Origin: a virus
Length of the DNA stretch: 64,000 bases
IMG/VR virus record: IMGVR_UViG_3300020477_001012
Coordinates: 1-64,000 of that record
Strand: one strand, 5' to 3'
The notes beneath the pieces are model-generated. The model worked only from the letters and a program-made list of their open reading frames with translations. It searched no databases and was not told where the DNA came from. Below, piece by piece: positions 20,555-30,570 of this stretch. The position numbers and the translations under genes were made by a program. Position 1 is the stretch's first letter, and every line of letters begins with the position of its first letter.

Positions 20555-21156
20555 GGTAATCTCCTCGGAACACTCTTCGTGAGTTTGATTGGAAGCTCGT
20601 TGACCTCCACGACCTCTCCGTCCTTATCAAGCTTAAATCTAAATGCGGTCTTCTCGTCCCCACTCAAACCAAGACTAATTTTTTTGATCACAATAGTCTT
20701 AAACAAGGGGTTAACTTTATCAAGCTGCACTATAACCTCTGTTAAGGGTTTGCTGTCAGTTCTTCGATACATATGAACATTAACGATGTACTCTCCTTGC
20801 ACAAATCCTCTTAGAGTAACAATTTCTTTATTCTCTGGATGAGTCACGGGACCAAGAGGTGTTTGAATGGTATCATTCCTTTTACCAAGGTCATCTCTAT
20901 CTAGATGCATTAGCCCCTCTTCTCTCCTCATGAATGCCACTAGGTTTCCTTGCGGGTCTCTTACGTAGGTATCTACATCATTATCTACCTCGGCTGGCCA
21001 TGTAACAGTGATGATAAAATCTGCTTTAGATTTGACATTGTTCTCATTCTTGCTGGGATTAATCAGCATGAACGATAGCATGAACAATGCCGCAAAGCAC
21101 AATAAAGTATTGAACAGTAAATCTAGAAACGATAGGTGAGCGTGGTAGTGTCTCAT
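20551..21156 (-). CDS. ExbD/TolR/MotB-like single-pass membrane protein
   Basis: N-terminal TM segment FLDLLFNTLLCF with an intramembrane Asp; directly follows an ExbB-like gene. Confidence 0.55.
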   Translation of the reverse strand: MRHYHAHLSFLDLLFNTLLCFAALFMLSFMLINPSKNENNVKSKADFIITVTWPAEVDNDVDTYVRDPQGNLVAFMRREEGLMHLDRDDLGKRNDTIQTPLGPVTHPENKEIVTLRGFVQGEYIVNVHMYRRTDSKPLTEVIVQLDKVNPLFKTIVIKKISLGLSGDEKTAFRFKLDKDGEVVEVNELPIKLTKSVPRRLP

Positions 21157-21671
21157 TATTTTCTTCTTATCTTGTCAACTGCTTGACTTAGATTGAAATA
21201 CTGAATCTTTAGCAAAGCGCTACATATCAACCCTGTTAGGGTGCTATATAAAGCCGTAGACATACCAATGCCAAGATTCTTGATTAGGCCCTGTACAGTA
21301 TTCACATCTGAAACATCAAGTTTAGTAAAACCCGATAGCATCATAATAAAACCAATAACGGTTCCAGCCATTCCTACAGTGAGGCACAAGTCGCTGGTGA
21401 ACCAGCCAGCCTCCATGGTGTTTTCTACTTTCTTTATCATGTGCTCATCTTCTTCTTGACCACCCCTGTCTATGAAGCGGCTCAATAGCCACGTTTTGTA
21501 TCCGCACCACTGGGACATCCCTAAAAATATGGCGGCTATAACAAAACTCAGCTTTGTAGCGTCATTCTGGTATAGTTCATTCCAGCCACCACCACTAGTA
21601 AAGACTGTTAAGCCTATTAAGATGGAAGCAAACGCTAGCCACCATCTCAGAAAGAGCTTGTGCTTGATCAT
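21156..21671 (-). CDS. MotA/TolQ/ExbB proton-channel family protein
   Basis: VGMAGTVIGFI...GMSTALYSTLTGL signature. Confidence 0.8.
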   Translation of the reverse strand: MIKHKLFLRWWLAFASILIGLTVFTSGGGWNELYQNDATKLSFVIAAIFLGMSQWCGYKTWLLSRFIDRGGQEEDEHMIKKVENTMEAGWFTSDLCLTVGMAGTVIGFIMMLSGFTKLDVSDVNTVQGLIKNLGIGMSTALYSTLTGLICSALLKIQYFNLSQAVDKIRRK

Positions 21672-21673
21672 AA

Positions 21674-22501
21674 TTAATCCTTTACCGTTTGCGGCGTTAA
21701 AAATGGTTGATCTACAACATCATCTTGATATTTGTGGTAAGCAGCAAGTCTTTCCTTTTCCTTATCCATCGCTAATCGCATCTTTTCCATCTCTGTCCCG
21801 TATCCCTTTGCTACCTCTGGATTGCTTACCAAGTATGCCAACCAAGCAGTGAAGCTCTGCCTGCTATCCTCTAATCTTTTTACTCTTTGTTCCCGGGTTG
21901 CCTTCATTTCTTTGAGCATAGAATTCTTTTTAGTCTGAAGCTCACGATAGTCTTTGTTTAGAGATTCCTGTGACGCCTTCAGAGATGCCACCTGACGCTC
22001 TATATTAAAAAGTTCGTCCGATCTATCACTATCTGCTCCAACGGCCCGTATGGATTGAATCTCGGCCTCAAACAGGGATATCTGCTCAATGTTCTCCTTG
22101 TTGTGTTTGAGTGACCTGTTCATTAACAGCTCCAGCTTAATCAAATCGACAACCTGAAGCTCTTCAGTGGGTATAACATCGTCCTTAAATTGAGAAATAA
22201 TGCGTGCCCAGTGATACTGGAACAGCTTTAGCTCGTCATCGGTGAATTGTTGCTTCAATTCAGCCCAGTATGGACGAAAAGTCAAGTCAAACTGTGCCTG
22301 TTCCTCCGGTGTAGTCTGGTCATCCATCCAAATGGGAGTACTTAAATCCCCCTTCGCAACTTTTTTACGAATAAAACCGAGAACGCTATCTGGATCTCGG
22401 TCGAGTTCGGTTGCAAGCTCCACATAGCCGAGATTGATATTCTCTTTTATAAATCTTTCTTCCTCTTTTGAGATTCTACCCTTCTTCTTCATAAAATCCA
22501 T
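21674..22501 (-). CDS. Hypothetical coiled-coil protein
   Basis: 275-aa ORF in the operon; possible N-terminal HTH. Confidence 0.6.
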   Translation of the reverse strand: MDFMKKKGRISKEEERFIKENINLGYVELATELDRDPDSVLGFIRKKVAKGDLSTPIWMDDQTTPEEQAQFDLTFRPYWAELKQQFTDDELKLFQYHWARIISQFKDDVIPTEELQVVDLIKLELLMNRSLKHNKENIEQISLFEAEIQSIRAVGADSDRSDELFNIERQVASLKASQESLNKDYRELQTKKNSMLKEMKATREQRVKRLEDSRQSFTAWLAYLVSNPEVAKGYGTEMEKMRLAMDKEKERLAAYHKYQDDVVDQPFLTPQTVKD

Positions 22502-22994
22502 GCTCCCTTAAGATTCCCTCTATTGCTTCGAGTACTTCGTCCCGGCGTTGCTTAGTAATGTAAACATCGTTAATCATTCTTAAATAATCCATCCTGATCG
22601 AAGCTGGTAAATGCTCATTAATCATCTCAACCATAGTCTTCGTTTCAAGATCTTCATAAGACGTTGCAAATTTTTCATCATCATCGACAATTGTATTCTC
22701 ATACTCTAATTGTGCTGGATTTAAAACTTTGACTCGGTCTCCATTGTCATTCTTTATGAAGTGATGGTCTCTCACGAAGTTTTTTAGCCGATTAGATAAA
22801 TTTACGCTCAAAAAGTTCTCCAAGGGACGTTTTTCGTCGTACCTATTGAGGGCTTCCATGCAAATGATAAAAGCTTCCTGCTTTAAATCTTCAGCCGTGT
22901 ACCCATAAAAAGTATATTTGGGTGCAATTCGGTTGCAGACCACCTCAATTTGGTTGACGACTTCCTGTTCTGTCATTCCTTTTGGTATTTTCAT
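22476..22994 (-). CDS. Sigma70-family (region 2-like) phage sigma factor
   Basis: AEDLKQEAFIICMEALNRYD...LENFLSVNLSNRLKNFVR resembles sigma region 2. Confidence 0.7.
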   Translation of the reverse strand: MKIPKGMTEQEVVNQIEVVCNRIAPKYTFYGYTAEDLKQEAFIICMEALNRYDEKRPLENFLSVNLSNRLKNFVRDHHFIKNDNGDRVKVLNPAQLEYENTIVDDDEKFATSYEDLETKTMVEMINEHLPASIRMDYLRMINDVYITKQRRDEVLEAIEGILREHGFYEEEG

Positions 22995-23002
22995 AGTCTA
23001 CC

Positions 23003-23356
23003 TTATTGTTTCCTGAAAATTCTTTCCTGCTCCTCTAGCCTTGTGACTAAATCTCGGTTTGGACTCGGTGGCGGCTGAGGGGTATTGCACAGTGGACACA
23101 TTTGGATCTTCTGTCCCGACTTGTGAAGCCCGTGGACGTGTTCAAGACCAAGAATCCGCTGCATCAAAATCGATCTCTGTTGAATTCCTGTGGCGTTTAT
23201 CTGATTTAAGCTCTGTATGACGGCTTGGTCTAAGTTCCCCACCGCCTCCTTACCCTCGATTCTTTTCATAACCTTGTTGTTTTCAAGGTTAACAGCAAGG
23301 TCCGCACAAAGAAAACCTATTAGCCCAAAGACAAGTATCGCTTGTAATAATTTCAT
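23003..23356 (-). CDS. Hypothetical membrane-anchored protein with CxxC
   Basis: N-terminal hydrophobic helix; H..H...CPLC, similar in layout to 45916..46467. Confidence 0.55.
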   Translation of the reverse strand: MKLLQAILVFGLIGFLCADLAVNLENNKVMKRIEGKEAVGNLDQAVIQSLNQINATGIQQRSILMQRILGLEHVHGLHKSGQKIQMCPLCNTPQPPPSPNRDLVTRLEEQERIFRKQ

Positions 23357-24639
23357 TAGATTAATTCCTTTAATGGATTTCTGTGGTCCAGAAGATACTG
23401 AGGTCTTCCGGTTCTATCTAGTAGAGTTGTGGACATTGTATCAATGCCCAGAGCAGCGTACATCGTAGCGCAGATTTCCTGTATATGGACTGGTCTTGAC
23501 TCAGGAACTTCCCCAAGTCTGGTCGTTGAGCCAATAACCTGACCATGCTTAAAGCCACCACCGGCTAATAATGCGCATGATACTTGTGGCCAATGGTCTC
23601 TGCCAGCCCCCTTGTTAATCTTGGGTGTCCGTCCAAACTCACCCCATACAACTACCATGACATCATCCAACATTCCTCTTTCATCTAGATCTTCCACTAA
23701 AGCCGAAACACATTGATCCAGCTTACCCCCATGATCCCTCACAAGATCAAAATTGGCCCCATGACTGTCCCATCTCCCGTAGGATAATGAAACAGAGCGT
23801 GCTCCAGCCTCAACTAATCGTCGAGCCATGAGTACATGCTCATTAACGGTTGGTGCCCCATCATATTGGTACTTGAATGGCTTGCCATTTCCATATCGCT
23901 CTCTTACTTTCTCGTCCTCTTGGGATAAATCTAACGCATCTACTAAGGCACTTGATGTAAGAACTCCGAATGCCTCTTCGACGAATAGATCATCAACAAC
24001 CGCCCTGTCAATTCCATTCCTTACACTCGCAAATCCTGAAAGCAGTTCCTTTCTACTTCTAAATCTATCTACATCCAAGTTCAGCTTCAAATCCTTCATC
24101 ATTTCCCCATTTGGTTTAAATGGTTTATGAGTTTCGCCCAAGTAGCCAGCCCCACCAGCCTCAGACCAAGGCATATGACTGGTTGGCTCAGCAAGACCCA
24201 CCGCTACCGGGATAGACCTGTCAACTGGACCCAGAATCTTAGAGGCAGCCGCCCCAATCGCGGGATACGTCGTCCCAGAGACTACTTCCCTGCGACTCCA
24301 TCCTGTCATACACTGATGCCCATCGTGCCCTCCGTCTGAACCCACTACGGATCGAATCGCCGTAAACTTGTCAAACATAGATGCAATCTTGGGAAAAGCC
24401 TCCCCGATTTGGATTCCCGGTACTGGAGTGGCAATTGGTTGAAATGGACCCCGAATTTCCGAGGGCGCTTGTGTTTTTATGTCCCACATGTCTTGATGAG
24501 GTGGTCCACCACCTAAAAAGATGTTAATAATGGCTTTGTGACTCGTTTTGTTTTGATCTTGGGCGTACATAACCTGTGGCATCGTTAAAACACCGAAACC
24601 ACCGACCGATAAAAAGCTTCTACGAGATAAAGTTAGCAT
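23356..24639 (-). CDS. DUF1501 family protein with a Tat signal
   Basis: SRRSFL twin-Arg signal; IFLGGGPPHQDMWD.K, ARRLVEAG, WDSH, GEFGRTPKIN, GRDHWP. Confidence 0.9.
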   Translation of the reverse strand: MLTLSRRSFLSVGGFGVLTMPQVMYAQDQNKTSHKAIINIFLGGGPPHQDMWDIKTQAPSEIRGPFQPIATPVPGIQIGEAFPKIASMFDKFTAIRSVVGSDGGHDGHQCMTGWSRREVVSGTTYPAIGAAASKILGPVDRSIPVAVGLAEPTSHMPWSEAGGAGYLGETHKPFKPNGEMMKDLKLNLDVDRFRSRKELLSGFASVRNGIDRAVVDDLFVEEAFGVLTSSALVDALDLSQEDEKVRERYGNGKPFKYQYDGAPTVNEHVLMARRLVEAGARSVSLSYGRWDSHGANFDLVRDHGGKLDQCVSALVEDLDERGMLDDVMVVVWGEFGRTPKINKGAGRDHWPQVSCALLAGGGFKHGQVIGSTTRLGEVPESRPVHIQEICATMYAALGIDTMSTTLLDRTGRPQYLLDHRNPLKELI

Positions 24640-24683
24640 TATGGGGTTCCTTATAAGGGAATTTTGTAAAAATTAGTGTTAAA

Positions 24684-25472
24684 TTACTCATCTGCCCATT
24701 TCAGGGGCCTCCATTTGGTCCCATCGAATCCTTCAAACCGATTTTCCTTGTCGTTGAAGATGATACTACCCCGTTCTTTATTACGAGGGCGTCTTGAGAG
24801 GGGCTTGCAGACAAATTGGTCGGAAGAAATAATGGAATTCTTGCCTAAAAGCTCGAAATAAGCAGAGCCAACCAGAATTGGGGCTGTGGTTTTAGCAAGA
24901 GAGCCAACCAAGTGCTCGTGACCCAGTATCAAACCGAGTTCTTCTCGGTTTATTGACTGAATGTCATCATCCGTTCGGCCTAGAAGAGAATTTGGCTCAA
25001 TTTGAACGGGTTCTGGTCTGCTGGGATTGGTTGTGCAGACTACTGAGTGGGTCAGAGGGCAATATTCTATAAAGTCAGAGGGCAAATAGGTGCCAATAAT
25101 GAGATGAGTATCATCTTCGTAGATCGTAAACCCGTCTTTTGTCTTACCAAGGCAGGGTCTATGGTCTATTCTTTGTTCAAAAGAGATTAATCTGGTTAAG
25201 TAGGGCTTGTTTTTAGTCCCATCAAGGCGTCCAACGCCTCTTTCATAAGAAATTAAGTCTCTGTCTAGCTTGCAACTCTTAAATTCTTCTATTGTATAGT
25301 AAAAATTAGTGCCTATGGCGATTTGGGGAGGAATTGTGTCCTCTTCTTTCCAGAATCTGTGCAAAATACTACAGGCGGCTTCCATGTGTGCCAATGGAAG
25401 CACCCAGATTCGGTCAATTTCCTTTTCATACCGTGCAGGGCTAACTGCAAAGTAGTTATTTTTGATCTTCAT
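24684..25472 (-). CDS. Hypothetical protein with a C-terminal fibre-type module
   Basis: Ends in GSIIFNDKENRFEGFDGTKW, a motif common in phage fibre proteins. Confidence 0.55.
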   Translation of the reverse strand: MKIKNNYFAVSPARYEKEIDRIWVLPLAHMEAACSILHRFWKEEDTIPPQIAIGTNFYYTIEEFKSCKLDRDLISYERGVGRLDGTKNKPYLTRLISFEQRIDHRPCLGKTKDGFTIYEDDTHLIIGTYLPSDFIEYCPLTHSVVCTTNPSRPEPVQIEPNSLLGRTDDDIQSINREELGLILGHEHLVGSLAKTTAPILVGSAYFELLGKNSIISSDQFVCKPLSRRPRNKERGSIIFNDKENRFEGFDGTKWRPLKWADE

Positions 25473-25719
25473 CTGCCAAAAGTTCCTTTAAGGGTTTGTC
25501 CTCTTCCTCTAGTTCCGCCTTTACAGCCGCATTAAGGGCGGCAGTGGCTTTGCAGTGCAGGATCGACTCGCATTGAGCTGGTTTGTCTTTGTTATCTTTG
25601 GTTCCCATGGGATTTTTCCATAATTTTGTAATAAGTAGAAGTAAGTGCCTCTATATAATACACTGGAGGGCGATATTTTCCAAAATGAATCTGGGAAATA
25701 CAGTCAGAATGACTATAAT

Positions 25720-26098
25720 ACAACGGACAATGGCTGCAAAGTGTCCAAAAATCAGTAAATATTTGTACAAAGTGAATAATTGGGCTGAAGTCTCACCTTA
25801 GTCCATCTGGTTTAGTGAGTGACTGGCGAGCTTACAAGGGTTCCAAGGTCAGGCAAAGAAAAAATCTAGGCGCTGGTGACAACCAACCTAGACCTGTGAA
25901 GCATTGAGTGGCTGATAGCATTGAGAGACTGAGAGCATTAAAGACCTGACTGCTCACTACCGCAGCTTGTTACCTGTATCTTATCTTCACAGGTATAAAT
26001 GGTCTTGGTGCGCCCCGAGGAGGATCAAGAGGATGATTACATATGGGGCCTTACCTACGTAGTTTAGCTAAGACACCCCTGAGAAGTGTCCGTGTTGT
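25720..26098 (+). ncRNA. Large structured ncRNA, family B, copy 1
   Basis: ORF-free; homologous to 45557-45855 with compensatory changes in three helices; the 5' ACAACGGACA can pair with TGTCC-GTTGT at the 3' end. Ends are approximate. Confidence 0.65.
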
Positions 26099-26175
26099 GA
26101 GACAACCACCCTTGCTATTTTCATGCCAAAACGGCAAAAAAACCGTGAAGATAAAACTCCCCCCTCTTATTTACG

Positions 26176-26253
26176 TAAGTTATTGACCTATAACGACTTA
26201 CGACATGGCATTCCCGCCCCGCGCGACGTAAACCCTTATGTGTAAACGACTTA
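26176..26253. repeat. 78-bp double-palindrome element, copy 1 of 8
   Basis: TAA-N19-TTA, a 28-bp GC-rich spacer, then TAA-N19-TTA (53-bp period), upstream of a promoter. Confidence 0.85.
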
Positions 26254-26296
26254 TGTCAATCTAGAATTATTTCTGATTTCTTTTTGTTTTTTGGTC

Positions 26297-26333
26297 TAAA
26301 GAACTTGACAGGTGAATGCCGATAATATATAAT
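26297..26333 (+). promoter_or_regulatory. Early promoter (sigma70 with a nested sigma28-like element)
   Basis: TTGACA-17-TATAAT overlapped by TAAA-17-GCCGATAA. Confidence 0.8.
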
Positions 26334-26370
26334 GGAAGCATAAGAAGTTACCACACACAAGGAACAAGAC

Positions 26371-26586
26371 ATGAAGAAGATCGACGCAACGGTTTGGGTA
26401 GGCGATGAACATGATGCCAACATGGTAGGTGATCGCACATGGATTACCATCCGCATTGGTGATCATGAGATTCTGGTGAACGTTGACCGATGGGAAATTG
26501 ACGATGCGCTGGAAGATCTGGAAGACGAAAAAGAATCCCAATTAATTCTAGAAAGAATGCGAGCGAGTGACCAGACTAGTCACTAG
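26371..26586 (+). CDS. Hypothetical early protein
   Basis: AAGGA RBS; directly after a promoter. Confidence 0.6.
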   Translation: MKKIDATVWVGDEHDANMVGDRTWITIRIGDHEILVNVDRWEIDDALEDLEDEKESQLILERMRASDQTSH

Positions 26587-26635
26587 GGTATAGTACAATA
26601 CAAGCATACAAGTAACACACACTAAGGAAAACAGA

Positions 26636-26893
26636 ATGAACATCACAACCAACAAGATCAACCGAGAGTACAAGGGCCACACAATTGCCATCGACATGAT
26701 CGACGAGATCGACCCCGATGGTACGATTGTGGTTCGCAAGATGGTATGCTATGTGGTCGCACCTAACGGTGACGCTGGACCGTTGCGAGTGTCGCCATAC
26801 ATTCCCCTTGATGAGATCCACGCCCACGCTATTGATTGGGTGGATGAGGGTTGCCCCGGAATTGGTAACCCATTCGCCCCGGCTTGGGCTTGA
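26636..26893 (+). CDS. Hypothetical early protein
   Basis: TAAGGA RBS. Confidence 0.65.
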   Translation: MNITTNKINREYKGHTIAIDMIDEIDPDGTIVVRKMVCYVVAPNGDAGPLRVSPYIPLDEIHAHAIDWVDEGCPGIGNPFAPAWA

Positions 26894-26951
26894 CATACAC
26901 GTTCAGTATGGTACAATTACAGAGTAACATTCACACACTAAGGAAAACGAC

Positions 26952-27194
26952 ATGACTTCATTTGACTTGCAGATTCACCCCGAAGAAACAGCCGCCGCCC
27001 GTGACTATGATGCATGGCAGGATCTAGCCCGAGAGATTGAAGAGGCTGAGCTTTCCGATATCAACGCAGAGTTGCAGCTTGCGTCTGAGGATGAGGACAA
27101 CTATGACGATGGCTGGCAGGATGAATATGAAGAGTATATTCTGAACCAAACACGATACGATGATGATAGGGATCTAGATTACTACGCATCGTGA
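26952..27194 (+). CDS. Highly acidic small early protein
   Basis: TAAGGA RBS; Asp/Glu-rich. Confidence 0.65.
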   Translation: MTSFDLQIHPEETAAARDYDAWQDLAREIEEAELSDINAELQLASEDEDNYDDGWQDEYEEYILNQTRYDDDRDLDYYAS

Positions 27195-27244
27195 GCGTAG
27201 TGTATCACCCCACCCACACGCCTAGAGCACAGAGGAGAGAGTAC

Positions 27245-27541
27245 ATGCGACAGATAGTCAACGCACACGGAACAAAGGCCAACGTGGTTGAGCACTTCAT
27301 GCTGGCCAACCATTGGGAATACTACATCATAGAAGCAGCGGATGAGGATGGGTATGCATTCGCCCTAGTAGTAGGTGATGCTACTGAGATGGGTAGCGTA
27401 TGGATGCCCGAGCTTGAGCCGTACATCCTACACCGTACCAATGACCTGAGTGATCTGCTTCCCCCTCCACAGTGGGGATGGGCTGATGAGATAGATGAAG
27501 AGTGGGCACCGGATGCGCTGGTGTGCAAGTGGCCGTATTAG
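27245..27541 (+). CDS. DUF2958-like protein
   Basis: WEYYIIE...AFALVVG..TEMGSV...EL pattern; AGGAG RBS before ATG 27245. Confidence 0.55.
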   Translation: MRQIVNAHGTKANVVEHFMLANHWEYYIIEAADEDGYAFALVVGDATEMGSVWMPELEPYILHRTNDLSDLLPPPQWGWADEIDEEWAPDALVCKWPY

Positions 27542-27579
27542 CCTAACCATCCGCCTAGCGGCCCACTACACCAATGGCG

Positions 27580-27657
27580 TAAGCTGTTGATATAGAAGGA
27601 CTTAGGGCGACAGGGGGGCGGCGGCGTCGTCGTAAACCCTTGCCACATAACGACTTA
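27580..27657. repeat. 78-bp double-palindrome element, copy 2
   Basis: Same 25+28+25 layout; TTGACA at 27699. Confidence 0.85.
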
Positions 27658-28019
27658 GAGAGATTTCAAAAAACTTTCTTTTTTTCTCAAGATGGGGGTT
27701 GACAAATGCCGATAATATACTATAATGGGAGACAGACAGAACGAAACTGAAGGAGACAAAAAATGTCCGAATTTGCACTGGTCGCACTGATCGCAATTAT
27801 TTACGAAGGTCTTTTGGGGAATCTGTAATGTTAGATGTTATTGCCTTTTCAATGTTGTCCGCTGTTATTGTTCCCATCATTGTGCTTGGGGTCTCGGATG
27901 CCATGCAACATCCTTGGGGAAAATAATCCAAAATAATTCAAGTTCCCGCTTGACAACGCCGATGATTATAGTATAATAAGATCATGACAAGTCACAACCA
28001 CGAACGCGAAGGAAACGAA

Positions 28020-28229
28020 ATGAGCATCGAACGCAGCAAGCCTTTCATGGACGATTACCTCCCCGAGCAGGAAGAACCCGCCGATCCAGAACTGACAATG
28101 CTGAACGGCGACGATTGGCCCCTCGACCTGCATGAGGATGACGGGCAACCGTCCGAGTATGATGAATGGCAGGATTACATGGGTGGAGACGACTGGGACC
28201 ACGGGCAATACGACTCGTGCGACTGGTAG
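28020..28229 (+). CDS. Highly acidic small early protein
   Basis: AAGGA RBS; Asp/Glu/Trp-rich. Confidence 0.6.
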   Translation: MSIERSKPFMDDYLPEQEEPADPELTMLNGDDWPLDLHEDDGQPSEYDEWQDYMGGDDWDHGQYDSCDW

Positions 28230-28359
28230 GGCATGACCCGCAAGCCCAGCCCAAGTCGCTGGCATAGTTGGCGGTCTATTCAAAACCGCCCCAAACACAC
28301 GGGTGACAAGCTCCCCAAGATCCGGGGCCGACCCAAACTTTTTAGATGAGAGAAAAAAC

Positions 28360-28692
28360 ATGACGATGCGAATTACTGAGGGTAAGGGTTTTCACATGGA
28401 TCTGCCGAACGGCGTGACGGTTTCCATTCAGTTTGGTCCGGGCAATTACTGTGACCGACGCTTTGCCCCGCTCAACGCACCCACTGAGGCAGCAGCAAAC
28501 CACGAGCACTGGGAGGCTGATCAGGCCGAGTGTGCCGCCTACGCGACTGACAGCAGTTGCAACTGGGTCGCCGTGCCGGGCTTCACTGGCGAGTATGACG
28601 ACGTGTGCGGCTGGCTCGACGCTCAGGGCGTGCTTGATTTTATCAACGCAGCAAGCAAGGTCGTCGTAAGTCCTGACGTGGCAAGCACTTAG
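28360..28692 (+). CDS. Hypothetical early protein
   Basis: GFHMDLPNGVTVSIQFGPGNYC, a pattern recurrent in phage hypothetical proteins. Confidence 0.65.
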   Translation: MTMRITEGKGFHMDLPNGVTVSIQFGPGNYCDRRFAPLNAPTEAAANHEHWEADQAECAAYATDSSCNWVAVPGFTGEYDDVCGWLDAQGVLDFINAASKVVVSPDVAST

Positions 28693-28744
28693 GGCGAGCG
28701 GGGGGCGCCCCCGGCGACGTAACCCCTTTCATGCCAAGTACTTA
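28667..28744. repeat. 78-bp double-palindrome element, copy 3
   Basis: Same layout; overlaps the end of the upstream ORF; TTGACA at 28795. Confidence 0.85.
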
Positions 28745-28853
28745 CAACTATTTCATTATTTTCGGGAATCTTTTGGATTTTGTGTGGATTTCACTTGACA
28801 TTTGTGCCGATAAATGTATAATAGAGACAACAACATAACACAAAGGGAAGAAC

Positions 28854-29039
28854 ATGAAACAGACAGCCGACGAAATCGTAATCCCCAGCCCCGGCGACAA
28901 TGACCCACGGACAAGCATCGTAATCACAATCGATGGCAAAGTGGTCGCCCATGTTTTTGTGGGTCAGTTTTCCACCAGCGTATCCAAGGCGTACTGTACG
29001 CAAGGCGTTGAGATGGAAGCCAAAGAAGTTACAATTTAG
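28854..29039 (+). CDS. Hypothetical early protein
   Basis: Follows a promoter and RBS. Confidence 0.5.
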   Translation: MKQTADEIVIPSPGDNDPRTSIVITIDGKVVAHVFVGQFSTSVSKAYCTQGVEMEAKEVTI

Positions 29040-29103
29040 TGCTTGACATATGATTGACCATATGGTAAAATCAGGTATACGAAACACACACGAGAGGAAA
29101 ATT

Positions 29104-29469
29104 ATGAGCTACAAATTTGAAAACACGGTTGGCGGTCGATTGGTCAAAGAGTTGGAAACAGCAATCAAAGAATGCTTGGTTGTTCCGAATGGCTGGTTGC
29201 CTGAAGAGTTGCATGACAACGTTCGTGGTGGTCGCACTCTTGCACGTCTTGAAAAGATGTGTGACAAGCGTGACGGCTTGACTGAACACCGCAAGCTGAA
29301 GGCGTTGAAAGCTGAGAACATTGAAAACTATCGAAAGCAATTCGAGGAAAGTGGTTCGTTTGAGTATGACGGACACCGTAACGAATTGCAATTGTATAAA
29401 AATGAAATGGCTTTCTGTTCGGCTTGTCCCGACATTGAAATTGACGAAGACGATTTGCTGGAGCAATAA
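29104..29469 (+). CDS. Hypothetical early protein
   Basis: GAGGA RBS before ATG 29104. Confidence 0.65.
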   Translation: MSYKFENTVGGRLVKELETAIKECLVVPNGWLPEELHDNVRGGRTLARLEKMCDKRDGLTEHRKLKALKAENIENYRKQFEESGSFEYDGHRNELQLYKNEMAFCSACPDIEIDEDDLLEQ

Positions 29470-29470
29470 A

Positions 29471-29686
29471 ATGAACGATTATCAAGATTTGCCCGAAGGT
29501 CTTAACATGCTGTGCAGGTGCGAGCGAACCCTAACCAATTCAGTTTTGGTTCTAAGAGTTCCCAAGCATGTAACACCTAACGAGTTTCCTGATTGGTGTG
29601 TTGAGAATGTCCCGTTTGGGTTTCATCCGGCTGACGTTGCAATGGCAACTGATGAACAATGTGAAGCAATGGAGTACTACGAATGA
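29471..29686 (+). CDS. Hypothetical early protein
   Basis: Coupled to the upstream stop; GGAG RBS. Confidence 0.55.
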   Translation: MNDYQDLPEGLNMLCRCERTLTNSVLVLRVPKHVTPNEFPDWCVENVPFGFHPADVAMATDEQCEAMEYYE

Positions 29687-29986
29687 AAACGCTGCGAAAA
29701 GGTAAAGAGTTTAAGCGAGTCAAAGATTCCACAGCGGCTGACCGCAAGGCCCTTAGAAAATTGGTCGATAGTGGTTGGTCCTACTGTGATAAAGCTACAT
29801 GGAAAAAAGAAGAGAGGGATAAATAATGTCGCCATGGTGGTTATTGTTATCGGTTGCGGGAATTTGTTATATTGTATACGTAGCAAGAAGGGAACCACAA
29901 TGGTAATTAAAAGTGAAGAAATTAAAGCGGGGCTGTGTTGTATCGTGGCGCTGATCCTTGGGGTTATCGTAAGCGGGCTGATGATG

Positions 29987-30064
29987 TAAGTCCTGTGGTG
30001 ATATAGACTTAGGGCGACGGGGGCGGGGCGGCATCGCCGTAACCCCTTTGATACCAACGACTTA
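29987..30064. repeat. 78-bp double-palindrome element, copy 4
   Basis: Same layout; TTGACA at 30106. Confidence 0.85.
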
Positions 30065-30139
30065 GGGCAATTATAAAAACTTTCAGAAAAGCTAAAGATC
30101 ACCCCTTGACATTGCCGATATATATAGTAGAATGGAAGA

Positions 30140-30266
30140 GCACAGCAGCCCAGTCAAAGCCTCCTAGAGTGAAGGGTGAAAAGATGGTCATGGCTTCCCA
30201 TCCTGCTGTCTCTCCTGATCCAGCCGGATAAGCCCATAGCGAAACAGCCAGCGGTCAGCGAAAAAA
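30140..30266 (+). ncRNA. Putative promoter-driven small RNA
   Basis: No ORF between two promoters; helices ACAGCAG/CTGCTGT, GATGG/CCATC and CTGATC/GGTCAG. Confidence 0.5.
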
Positions 30267-30570
30267 GCCGAAATTAATTAAAGAATCCCCTTGACAAAGC
30301 CGATAAATAGAGTATAATAGAAGCATGAGCACAAGCCAATGGGAATGGGAAGAGATGTGGAAGGCAATCAGAGAGTACGACGAGAGGATGAGAGATGGGG
30401 CGAAAAAAAGAGACGATCACCCTCACGATCAAAGTGGGGAAGGTGAGGAAGGGACACACCCCACACACAACGGGTAGTGGGGCACACGACAACCGGCCCA
30501 AACGGAAACGTACACGCCAAGCACAGCGTAGTGCATGGCAAGAGGAAGTTTAATTATGAAGGATGAGAAA

